Below, one piece after another: positions 18,220 through 26,695 of a stretch of DNA of 64,000 bases (its first letter is position 1; each line of letters opens with the position of its first letter). The notes under the pieces were generated by a model. That model searched no databases. It was not told the DNA's origin and saw nothing but the letters and a program-made list of their open reading frames with translations. The translations under genes were made by a program, and so were the position numbers. The stretch is from Candidatus Omnitrophota bacterium (GTDB lineage: Bacteria; Omnitrophota; Gorgyraeia; Gygaellales; Profunditerraquicolaceae), in assembly GCA_030650425.1 (NCBI GenBank), contig JAUSED010000008.1:4554-68553 (forward strand). Reading direction: 5' to 3'.

Positions 18220-19377
18220 ATGTTTAAACTATCCAAAAAATTACAGGCTTTACCGCCATATTTATTTTTGGAGATGGATAAAGCCAAAAGGCAGGCGCGC
18301 GCCGAAGGCCGCGATATTATTGATTTAGGTATAGGAGACCCGGATCAGCCGACACCTAAATATATCATCGAGGCATTATACCGCGCGGCGCTTGACCCGG
18401 CTAACCATCGTTATGCCTTAGATCAGGGTATGCCGGTTTTACGCCGGGCTATCGAAAGCTGGTATAAACGCAGGTTTAATGTCAGCCTTAATCCTGATTC
18501 CGAAATCCTTCCCTTAATTGGCTCAAAAGAGGGAATCGCGCATTTTCCGCTCGCCTTTTTAAACCCCGGTGATTATTCCTTGGTTCCTGATCCGTGCTAT
18601 CCTCCGTATAAAGGCGGAACGATCTTAGCCGGAGGTAAACCTTATCTTATGCCGTTACTTAAAGAAAATGCCTTCCTTCCCGATTTAAAGAAGATACCGT
18701 TTAACGCGCGCAAAAAAGCAAAAATAATTTTTATAAATTATCCCAATAATCCTACATCAGCGGTTGTTCAGCAATCTTTTTATCAAGAATTAATCGATTT
18801 CGCGCGTAAAAATAAGATCATTATTATTTCAGATCTGGCTTATTCCGAGATATATTTTGACGGATACAAGCCGCAAAGTATATTGGAATTAGATGGCGCG
18901 AGAGAGGTGGTAGTAGAATTCCATTCGCTCTCCAAAACTTTCAATATGACCGGTTGGCGGGTGGGCTGGGCAAGCGGGAATAAAAAATTAATCGCTGCTT
19001 TGGCTAAAGTTAAATCCAATATTGATTCCGGGATATTCTCGGCGGTGCAATTAGCCGGGATAGCCGCGCTTAGCGCTCCGCAAGAACATATTGAGCATAT
19101 GTGCACTCTTTATCAAGAAAGGCGTGATTTGTTGGTTAGCGGCCTAAATTCTTTAGGTTGGCAGGTGGATAGCCCCAAAGCGACATTTTATCTCTGGATA
19201 AAGCTGCCTAAGACATGCGGTTCGCTAAAATTCGCCGGGGATTTATTAGAGCAAGCGAATATTGTCGTTACTCCCGGAGTAGGCTTTGGTAAATACGGAG
19301 AAGGATATATTCGTATGGCGCTTACCGTGAATCGGGAACGTATCAGAGAGGCGCTCGATAGGCTCAAGAGTTTATGA
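18220..19377 (+). CDS. dapL: LL-diaminopimelate aminotransferase (class I/II PLP aminotransferase)
   Basis: GIGDPD, GSKEGIAH, NYPNNPT and SLSKTFNMTGWRVG; dap context. Confidence 0.85.
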   Translation: MFKLSKKLQALPPYLFLEMDKAKRQARAEGRDIIDLGIGDPDQPTPKYIIEALYRAALDPANHRYALDQGMPVLRRAIESWYKRRFNVSLNPDSEILPLIGSKEGIAHFPLAFLNPGDYSLVPDPCYPPYKGGTILAGGKPYLMPLLKENAFLPDLKKIPFNARKKAKIIFINYPNNPTSAVVQQSFYQELIDFARKNKIIIISDLAYSEIYFDGYKPQSILELDGAREVVVEFHSLSKTFNMTGWRVGWASGNKKLIAALAKVKSNIDSGIFSAVQLAGIAALSAPQEHIEHMCTLYQERRDLLVSGLNSLGWQVDSPKATFYLWIKLPKTCGSLKFAGDLLEQANIVVTPGVGFGKYGEGYIRMALTVNRERIREALDRLKSL

Positions 19378-19781
19378 TAATTTGTTATTTGGGGGTAGGC
19401 TCGAATTTAGGGAACAGGAGAAATAACATAGAGCAGGCTATAAGAAAGATAAACCTTTTGAAGAATACTCAAGTTTTGAAACGATCATCTTTAATCCAAA
19501 CAGATCCTCTCGGGGGTACTGCTGGCCAGCCAAAGTTCCTCAACGCTAGCCTAAAAATAAGCACAAGCCTTTCACCTTTAGCCCTGCTTAAGAATTTAAA
19601 AATAATAGAAAAAGAATTAGGAAGAAAGAAAACCGTGCGTAATGGAGCGCGAACAATCGATTTGGATATTTTACTTTATGGAGACAAAACAGTGAAGAGA
19701 AAGGGATTAATTATTCCTCACCCGCGTATGTTTAGCCGTGACTTTGTGATTAGGCCGTTGTCGGAGGTAATACAAAGGTGA
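19374..19781 (+). CDS. folK: 2-amino-4-hydroxy-6-hydroxymethyldihydropteridine diphosphokinase
   Basis: LGVGSNLG, RTIDLDIL and IPHPRM motifs. Confidence 0.93.
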   Translation: MIICYLGVGSNLGNRRNNIEQAIRKINLLKNTQVLKRSSLIQTDPLGGTAGQPKFLNASLKISTSLSPLALLKNLKIIEKELGRKKTVRNGARTIDLDILLYGDKTVKRKGLIIPHPRMFSRDFVIRPLSEVIQR

Positions 19782-19814
19782 CTGTCACGTCTTTTGTGAC
19801 TGTCACCTTTGTAT
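19770..19814. repeat. Family D palindrome (GGTGACTGTCACC)
   Basis: atacaaaggtgactgtcac...gtgactgtcacctttgtat; contains the folK stop codon. Confidence 0.85.
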
Positions 19815-19823
19815 GAGAATAAT

Positions 19824-20672
19824 ATGAAAACGGTAAAAAATCCGGAAACTATATCTAAATCTTTAAAAAAGTTTAAATTAAAAGGAAAATCCATCGGTTT
19901 TGTTCCGACCATGGGAGCTTTACACGCAGGCCACTTAAGTTTAATCAGAGAAGCGGCTAAAGAGAATAAAATTATCGTGGTGAGCATCTTTGTAAACCCA
20001 ACGCAGTTTGGCCCGCAAGAAGATTTAAAGAGCTATCCCCGGCCAATAAAGAAAGATCTCTTACTTTGCCAAAAAGAAGGGGTGGAATATGTTTTTCTGC
20101 CTCAGGTAAAAGATATCTACCCGCGAGGATTTTCTACTTATGTTAACGTGGAAGGATTAAGCGATCTGCTTTGTGGAAAAGCGCGGCCGGGGCATTTTCG
20201 GGGAGTTGCCACGGTAGTAACCAAGCTTTTCAATATTATCCAGCCTGATACCGCCTATTTTGGACAGAAAGACGCGCAACAGGCGATGATCATTCAAAGG
20301 ATGGCCAAAGATTTAAATATGCCGGTAAAAATAAAAGTTATAGCGACGGCGCGCGAAAAAGACGGCTTGGCCTTGAGTTCGAGGAATGTATATTTGAGTA
20401 AAAATGAAAGAAAAGACGCGCTGGTTTTATCAAAAGCCTTAAATTTAGCCAAGATTTTAATTAAGGGAGGCGCTAAAGACACCGGCAGGATTATTAGCAG
20501 GATGAAACAGTTAATCATCAGTAAAAAAAGCGCAAAAATTAATTATATCGCCGTAGTTGATCCCATGAATCTTAAGCCGCTTAAGAAGATTTCCGGTGAT
20601 TATTTAATTGCTTTGGCAGTAAGCATTGGTAAGATTCGGTTGATCGATAATTTTCAGGGACGGCTTTATTGA
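19824..20672 (+). CDS. panC: Pantoate--beta-alanine ligase
   Basis: FVPTMGALHAGH, RPGHFRGV, FGQKD and GLALSSRN motifs. Confidence 0.96.
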   Translation: MKTVKNPETISKSLKKFKLKGKSIGFVPTMGALHAGHLSLIREAAKENKIIVVSIFVNPTQFGPQEDLKSYPRPIKKDLLLCQKEGVEYVFLPQVKDIYPRGFSTYVNVEGLSDLLCGKARPGHFRGVATVVTKLFNIIQPDTAYFGQKDAQQAMIIQRMAKDLNMPVKIKVIATAREKDGLALSSRNVYLSKNERKDALVLSKALNLAKILIKGGAKDTGRIISRMKQLIISKKSAKINYIAVVDPMNLKPLKKISGDYLIALAVSIGKIRLIDNFQGRLY

Positions 20673-21490
20673 ATAAACTAAAAATAGGAATAGTCGGCTG
20701 CGGCGCGATCGGCAGCTCTCTGGCCAAGGTCATTGTTAAGGACTTTTCCGGTGAAGCTAAGCTTTGCGCTCTTTATGATTTGGATAATGAGCAGGCTGTG
20801 GGTTTATCAAGGGAAGTTTTTGGAAGGCCTACTTTAGCGGTTCCTGGCTTTAATCAGTTAATCAGAAAATCAGAATTGATCATTGAGGCGGCATCGGCAA
20901 AAGCCTCTTGGGAGATCGCCAAGCTAGCCTTATCTCACGGTAAAGATATTATGATTATGAGCGTTGGCGGAGTATCGAGCCGGTTTAAGCAATTGACCGT
21001 GTTGGCTAAAAATAATGGCGCTAAAGTTTATATCCCCAGCGGCGCTATAGCCGGGATAGACGCGTTAAAAGCGGCAAATATAGGAAAAATTAAAAAAGTA
21101 ATCCTTACTACGATCAAAAACCCGTTGTCTTTTAAAGGGGTGGAATATGTTGAGAAAGCGGGTATAAATTTGGGCAAGATAAAAGACGCTACCGTATTAT
21201 TTTCAGGCAGGGCGGCTGATGCGGTTAAGTGTTTTCCTCAAAACATCAATGTTGCCGCGACGTTAAGCTTAGCAGGCATAGGAGAAGGCAAAACTCAAGT
21301 TAGGATTATTGCTTCTCCTAAAGTTACCAGAAATATACACGAAATTGCGATAGAATCTGACGCCGGGGATATCTTTACCCGTACGGAAAATATTTTACAT
21401 CCGGATAATCCAAAGACGAGTTATTTGGCGGTATTATCGGCAGTGGCGATGTTGAAGCAGATTTTGGAGCCGGTGAAAATCGGCACATAA
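20669..21490 (+). CDS. nadX: L-aspartate dehydrogenase
   Basis: GCGAIG, PSGAIAGID, FPQNINVAA and NPKTSYLA motifs. Confidence 0.9.
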   Translation: MNKLKIGIVGCGAIGSSLAKVIVKDFSGEAKLCALYDLDNEQAVGLSREVFGRPTLAVPGFNQLIRKSELIIEAASAKASWEIAKLALSHGKDIMIMSVGGVSSRFKQLTVLAKNNGAKVYIPSGAIAGIDALKAANIGKIKKVILTTIKNPLSFKGVEYVEKAGINLGKIKDATVLFSGRAADAVKCFPQNINVAATLSLAGIGEGKTQVRIIASPKVTRNIHEIAIESDAGDIFTRTENILHPDNPKTSYLAVLSAVAMLKQILEPVKIGT

Positions 21491-21520
21491 TTTACAAAAA
21501 GAGAGGGGGTGAATCAGAAA

Positions 21521-21760
21521 ATGGCAGAGAAAATAGTGAAACTGGGGATCAAGAGAGAGAAGGGTTTCCTCTATTACATTGACAAGCAAGGTGATGTATC
21601 TTGCGCCAAGATGGCCAGAGGCGCGAAAAAAGGAGGCAGCCCCAAGAAGGTAGCTAAGTGCGGTATCAAGAGAAAAGAAGGCTACCTTTACTTCTTGGAT
21701 AAAAAAGGCGATGTTTCAGCTGCAAAGATGAAAAGAGGCGGTAAGAAGAAAAAGAGATAA
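21521..21760 (+). CDS. Small very basic protein with an internal tandem duplication
   Basis: Two ~31-aa repeats and a Lys-rich tail; start GTG 21509 or ATG 21521. Confidence 0.75.
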   Translation: MAEKIVKLGIKREKGFLYYIDKQGDVSCAKMARGAKKGGSPKKVAKCGIKRKEGYLYFLDKKGDVSAAKMKRGGKKKKR

Positions 21761-21777
21761 ATGTAAAACAAAAACAA

Positions 21778-21915
21778 GGGACCGTTTCTATTTTTTCATA
21801 GTAGGGACACTTTTCTTTAGCCTGAAGGGGACACTTTCCTTTTGAGGCTTTCATTAGAGCCCTGACGGAAAGTGTCCCCTGAACGCCCTGAACGAGGAAA
21901 AATAGAAACGGTCCC
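21778..21915. mobile_element. Nested MITE-like element: family A arms enclosing family B layers
   Basis: gggaccgtttctattttt (21778)...aaaaatagaaacggtccc (21915); inner B at 21825-21880. Confidence 0.85.
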
Positions 21916-21934
21916 AAGTTTCTCAGGTTTCTAT

Positions 21935-22702
21935 ATGCTAGAAGGCAAAAAAATTATAGTGGTGATGCCTGCTTATAACGCCGAGCTTACCTTAGAGCAG
22001 ACTTACCGTGACATCCCTAAGGGCTTGGTGGATGAGGTATTGGTTGTAGACGACCATAGCCGCGATAAGACCGTGGAGGTCTGCCGCAGGCTGGGCCTGC
22101 AGGTGTTTGTGCACGAAGATAACAAGGGTTATGGAGCAAACCAAAAAACTTGTTACAGGGAGGCGTTAAGAAGAGGGGCGGATGTCGTGATTATGCTTCA
22201 TCCTGATTACCAATATCCCCCGAGGTTAATCACCGCGATGGCCGGCTTGGTCGTTTCCGGGATGTTCGATATTGTTTTAGGGTCACGGATATTGGGCGGA
22301 ATGAGCCTAAAAGGAGGGATGCCGCTCTATAAATACATTTCAAACAGGTTCCTTACTTTGTTTGAGAATATCATTACAGGCGCGCAGCTCTCTGAGTACC
22401 ATACGGGTTACCGGGCTTTTTCCCGCGAGGTTTTACTGCGCCTTCCTTTGCTGGAGAACTCCGATGATTTTATTTTTGATAACCAGATCCTTGTTCAGGC
22501 AATCCGCTTTAATTATAGGATAGGCGAATTAACCGCGCCTTCCCGGTATACCAAAGAATCATCTTCGATTTCGTTAAAAAGAAGCATCGTTTATGGCTTG
22601 GGAGTAATCGTGACAGCCTTAAGCTTACTTTTAGAAAAATCAAATTTAATTAAATTCCGCATCTTCAATCCCAATGGCCGCAAAATCGACCTTACAATAT
22701 AG
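21935..22702 (+). CDS. GT2 glycosyltransferase (polyprenol-phosphate sugar synthase-like)
   Basis: [15 protein letters not shown] and MLHPDYQY; the longer ORF start lies within the repeat, so ATG 21935 is preferred. Confidence 0.85.
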   Translation: MLEGKKIIVVMPAYNAELTLEQTYRDIPKGLVDEVLVVDDHSRDKTVEVCRRLGLQVFVHEDNKGYGANQKTCYREALRRGADVVIMLHPDYQYPPRLITAMAGLVVSGMFDIVLGSRILGGMSLKGGMPLYKYISNRFLTLFENIITGAQLSEYHTGYRAFSREVLLRLPLLENSDDFIFDNQILVQAIRFNYRIGELTAPSRYTKESSSISLKRSIVYGLGVIVTALSLLLEKSNLIKFRIFNPNGRKIDLTI

Positions 22703-23879
22703 ACTGATTTTATTTCTGATTATTGCAGTAGCTGTTACGTTAATCTCCCCGACCTTTAAAAAAATACAGTTTGCCTCTGGCGTGGATGAAGGGTATTATT
22801 TTAAATATGCCGCTTTTATCTCCGCGAAAGGCTTATCCGGGTTCAGCGAGCTTTTCAAGGGATACCTTGGGAATCAGGAACATTGGCTTTTCCCCAGCCC
22901 GCTCAGAGCCGGTTACATAATTTTATCGGCGGTTTGGCTAAAAATATTCGGCCAGTCATTCATCAACCTGGCCTATTTTTCTTTATTCTGCTACGTGCTT
23001 TTTTTAGGGGTTAACTATTATTTTTCGAAGAAATATCTGGGCGGGCAACTCGCCTTATTATTCGTACTCCTGCTTGCCTTTTCGCCGCTGCAGCTGGCGA
23101 TGAGCAGGAGGGCGTTGGCCGAGGCAGCCGTTAATTTATTCTCCTCTTTATCGATTTGGTTCTTCTGGGATTTTTTACGGGAGCGCAAGCATAGAACATT
23201 TATTTTTTTCATCGCGGCGATGAGCGTAAATATTTTAATCAAAGAAAGTTCAGCCTTATTGGTTTTTACGTTCCTGATCTTATGGCTAATCGATAAATTT
23301 ATCTATCAAGGAAAGGCGGATTTTAAAGAATGCGCGTCTATTTTGATCTTTCCGCTGTTTGCCGCAGGGCTGGCCTTTTGGCTGTTAAGATGCCTCCCGT
23401 ATCTATTTAGCGCGATAAAAATAATCTTAAATTCTCCCGGGACTAATGCTTACGCGATCCAATTTGGCTCAGGGCCATGGTATCGTTATCTCATAGATTA
23501 TATGCTTCTTTCTCCATGGGCAGTTATTTTGGCATTGGGTTTCATTTTGCGTCTTTTATTAGGCAAAGCGGACAATGAGATGCACGCGTATTTCGCGGCC
23601 TTTTTTTTAGCCGCCTTTATTTTATTAAATATCTTTACCAAAAACGTTCGTTACGCGATTGTTTTGGATATGCCTATGCGTTTGTTTTCGCTGCTTATGC
23701 TGGAAAGAATCACCCGGAGGATCTTTCCTCAGCAGGCGATAAAATTACTTTCTGTTTTAGTCGTCGCGTTAGCATTCTCCGATTACTTTAATTTTTATGA
23801 GATATTTGTTCAAGGAGGGGTTTATGACCCGGCAAGCTTTCTTTTGCTTAAAGCCAAACATATCATTCCTTTCAATTAA
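22674..23879 (+). CDS. Multi-pass membrane GT-C glycosyltransferase (ArnT/PMT-like)
   Basis: DEGYY luminal motif after the first TM; many hydrophobic helices; next to GT2. Confidence 0.65.
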   Translation: MAAKSTLQYRLILFLIIAVAVTLISPTFKKIQFASGVDEGYYFKYAAFISAKGLSGFSELFKGYLGNQEHWLFPSPLRAGYIILSAVWLKIFGQSFINLAYFSLFCYVLFLGVNYYFSKKYLGGQLALLFVLLLAFSPLQLAMSRRALAEAAVNLFSSLSIWFFWDFLRERKHRTFIFFIAAMSVNILIKESSALLVFTFLILWLIDKFIYQGKADFKECASILIFPLFAAGLAFWLLRCLPYLFSAIKIILNSPGTNAYAIQFGSGPWYRYLIDYMLLSPWAVILALGFILRLLLGKADNEMHAYFAAFFLAAFILLNIFTKNVRYAIVLDMPMRLFSLLMLERITRRIFPQQAIKLLSVLVVALAFSDYFNFYEIFVQGGVYDPASFLLLKAKHIIPFN

Positions 23880-23902
23880 TTATTCGCGCAGGTTAAAAAA
23901 TA

Positions 23903-26695
23903 ATGCAGAATGAATTTATTATTATCCGCGGGGCTAAAGAGCACAATTTAAAGAATATAAACCTTAAACTTCCCCGTAATAAACTGATCGTGGTCACCGG
24001 TTTATCCGGTTCAGGTAAATCCAGCCTCGCCTTTGATACAATTTACGCCGAAGGCCAACGCAGGTTTGTGGAAAGCCTCTCTAGTTATGCCCGGCAATTC
24101 TTAGAGAAATTACAGAAGCCGGATATAGAATACATATCCGGCTTATCTCCTGCTATTGCTATTGAGCAGAGGTCTGCCGGTTCCAATCCTCGTTCCACGG
24201 TGGCAACGCAAACCGAAATCTATGATTATTTAAGGATTCTTTTTAGCCGTATTGGCAGGGTATTTTGTTACCATTGCCAAGAGCCAATCCAGAGGCAGAG
24301 CGCGCAGGAAATTATCGAAAAGATCGTCTCTCTGCCGGCAGGGATAGATATCCAGATTTTGGCTCCGCTGGCGCGGGGAAAAAAGGGCGAACATAAGGAT
24401 ATATTATCCGGAATTCAGAAATCAGGATTTACGCGGGCGCGCGTTGACGGAAAGGTTTATGAATTACCCGTAAAATTAAAATTGGCTAAATATAAAATGC
24501 ATAACCTGGAAGTAGTGGTGGACAGGCTCACTCTTAGGGAAGGGATTAAAAATCGGCTTACGGATTCAGTCGAGACCGCGCTCAAGGTTGGCAAGGGCAT
24601 AGTTATTATTAGCCGGTTGAACCCGCCAACAGATTTAGTTTTTAGCGAACAATACGCCTGCGCTAAATGCGGGGTAAATTACGCGGAGGTTGAGCCGCGT
24701 ATTTTTTCTTTTAATTCTCCTTATGGAGCTTGTCCCGAATGTAATGGCTTGGGGACAAAAATTAAATTTGATTCCGATCTGGTTATCCCCGACAGGAGTA
24801 AATCGATAAACGAAGGCGCTATTGCCCCGTGGAAAAGAGGCGGGAGGGGTTATATCCTTTACTATCGCTGGCTGATCCGGGAATTGGCCGCGCGGCTGCG
24901 CTTTAATTTAGATACCCCGTTCAATAAATTATCCAAAGAAAATCAAAACGCGATCCTTTATGGCTCGAAAGAGTTTATTGGCAATAAACCTTTTGAAGGG
25001 GTAATCCCGCATCTGGAAAGATTATTCCGCGAATCAGATAGCGATTACCTGAAAGAAGAGATAACTAAGTTTATGACCAGTTCAGCTTGTCCGCTATGTA
25101 AAGGCGCCCGGCTCAAGAAGGAGAGCCTAGCGGTGAGGATTAGCGGGAAGAACATCTGGGAAGTTAGCCGGATGTCCATTAAAGAAGCGCGCCATTTTTT
25201 TAATCATCTTGAATTAAACGCCAAAGAAAAACTGATTGCTTATCAGGCGCTCAAGGAGATCATCCAAAAGTTAAGATTCTGTGTTGATGTCGGCCTCGAC
25301 TATCTTACCTTGGATAGAAAGAGCTCGACTCTTTCCGGAGGAGAGGCGCAGAGGATCCGTTTAGCTACTCAGGTTGGTTCAGGCCTGGTCGGAGTTTTAT
25401 ATGTCTTGGATGAGCCGAGTATCGGGCTGCATCAACGGGATAATGATAAGCTGCTGGCTACACTTAAGTCATTGAGGGATTTAGGGAATACTCTGCTGGT
25501 GGTTGAGCATGACGAATCAACCATTCTCAGCGCGGATTACGTGGTGGATTTAGGCCCGGGCGCAGGCAGGCATGGAGGCGAAGTGGTTTTTTCAGGAGTA
25601 AAAGAAGAGCTGTTAAAAGACAGGCATTCTTTGACCGCTAAATATTTACGCGGGGAATTAAAAATCGATTTACCGCAAAACAGGAGAAGCTGGCGTGACA
25701 AAAAGATGTTGGAGATAAAGGGAGCCAGCGAACATAATCTTAAGCATATCGATGCCAAATTTCCTTTAGGGATTTTTATCGGGGTTACCGGCGTATCCGG
25801 TTCAGGCAAATCCACTCTCGTTGATGAAATATTATTCCGGGCGCTCTCTCAAAGGCTTTATCGCGCGAAAGAAAAGCCCGGAGCCTTTAAAAAGATTACC
25901 GGTGTAGAATTTATTGATAAAGTGATTGTGGTGGATCAGTCGCCAATAGGCCGAACTCCCCGCTCTAACCCGGCTACTTATACGGGAGTGTTTAATTATA
26001 TCCGCGATATCTTCGCCCGGCTTCCTGAGTCGCGCGGCCGGGGTTATCAACCCGGAAGGTTCTCCTTTAATGTCAAAGGCGGCCGCTGCGAGGCATGTAT
26101 GGGCGATGGGATAAAAAAGATCGAGATGCATTTTTTGCCCGATGTCTATGTTAAATGCGATATCTGCAAGGGCTTAAGGTTTAACGAGGCAACTTTAGCC
26201 ATAAAATATAAAGGCAAGTCTATCGCCGACGTACTGGAGATGACCGTAGAAGAGGCCCGGGAGGCCTTTAATAATATCCCGGCTATAAAAAATACGCTTG
26301 CTTACTTATTCGATGTTGGTTTGGGATATATCCAACTCGGCCAATCCGCGACTACCTTATCCGGAGGAGAAGCGCAGAGGATTAAGCTTTCCAGCGAATT
26401 GAGCAAGCGCGCGACCGGCAACACACTTTACATCCTTGATGAGCCGACCACGGGCTTGCATTTTGCCGATGTGGCTAAATTAATCAATGTCTTGCAGAGG
26501 TTAGTCGATAAGGGGAATACGGTGATTGTTATTGAACATAATTTAGAGGTGATTAAAAGCGCGGATTATATCATTGATTTGGGACCCGAAGGCGGGGATA
26601 AAGGTGGAGAGTTGGTTGCCTCAGGCAGCCCGGAAGAAATTATCCGGAATCAAGACTCCTACACAGGCCAGTTTCTTAAAAAAATATTGCTATGA
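23903..26695 (+). CDS. uvrA: Excinuclease ABC subunit A
   Basis: Two Walker A motifs (GLSGSGKSS, GVSGSGKST), LSGGEAQRI twice, zinc fingers. Confidence 0.98.
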   Translation: MQNEFIIIRGAKEHNLKNINLKLPRNKLIVVTGLSGSGKSSLAFDTIYAEGQRRFVESLSSYARQFLEKLQKPDIEYISGLSPAIAIEQRSAGSNPRSTVATQTEIYDYLRILFSRIGRVFCYHCQEPIQRQSAQEIIEKIVSLPAGIDIQILAPLARGKKGEHKDILSGIQKSGFTRARVDGKVYELPVKLKLAKYKMHNLEVVVDRLTLREGIKNRLTDSVETALKVGKGIVIISRLNPPTDLVFSEQYACAKCGVNYAEVEPRIFSFNSPYGACPECNGLGTKIKFDSDLVIPDRSKSINEGAIAPWKRGGRGYILYYRWLIRELAARLRFNLDTPFNKLSKENQNAILYGSKEFIGNKPFEGVIPHLERLFRESDSDYLKEEITKFMTSSACPLCKGARLKKESLAVRISGKNIWEVSRMSIKEARHFFNHLELNAKEKLIAYQALKEIIQKLRFCVDVGLDYLTLDRKSSTLSGGEAQRIRLATQVGSGLVGVLYVLDEPSIGLHQRDNDKLLATLKSLRDLGNTLLVVEHDESTILSADYVVDLGPGAGRHGGEVVFSGVKEELLKDRHSLTAKYLRGELKIDLPQNRRSWRDKKMLEIKGASEHNLKHIDAKFPLGIFIGVTGVSGSGKSTLVDEILFRALSQRLYRAKEKPGAFKKITGVEFIDKVIVVDQSPIGRTPRSNPATYTGVFNYIRDIFARLPESRGRGYQPGRFSFNVKGGRCEACMGDGIKKIEMHFLPDVYVKCDICKGLRFNEATLAIKYKGKSIADVLEMTVEEAREAFNNIPAIKNTLAYLFDVGLGYIQLGQSATTLSGGEAQRIKLSSELSKRATGNTLYILDEPTTGLHFADVAKLINVLQRLVDKGNTVIVIEHNLEVIKSADYIIDLGPEGGDKGGELVASGSPEEIIRNQDSYTGQFLKKILL

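Noticed and set aside
21872-21934. N-terminal extension of the GT2 ORF (likewise ORF-track starts at 4824, 11390, 19809, 32745, 37653, 38457, 43572, 50549, 51662)
   Set aside because: Upstream in-frame starts fall in repeats, leaders or the previous gene; downstream ATGs fit SD position or family N-termini better
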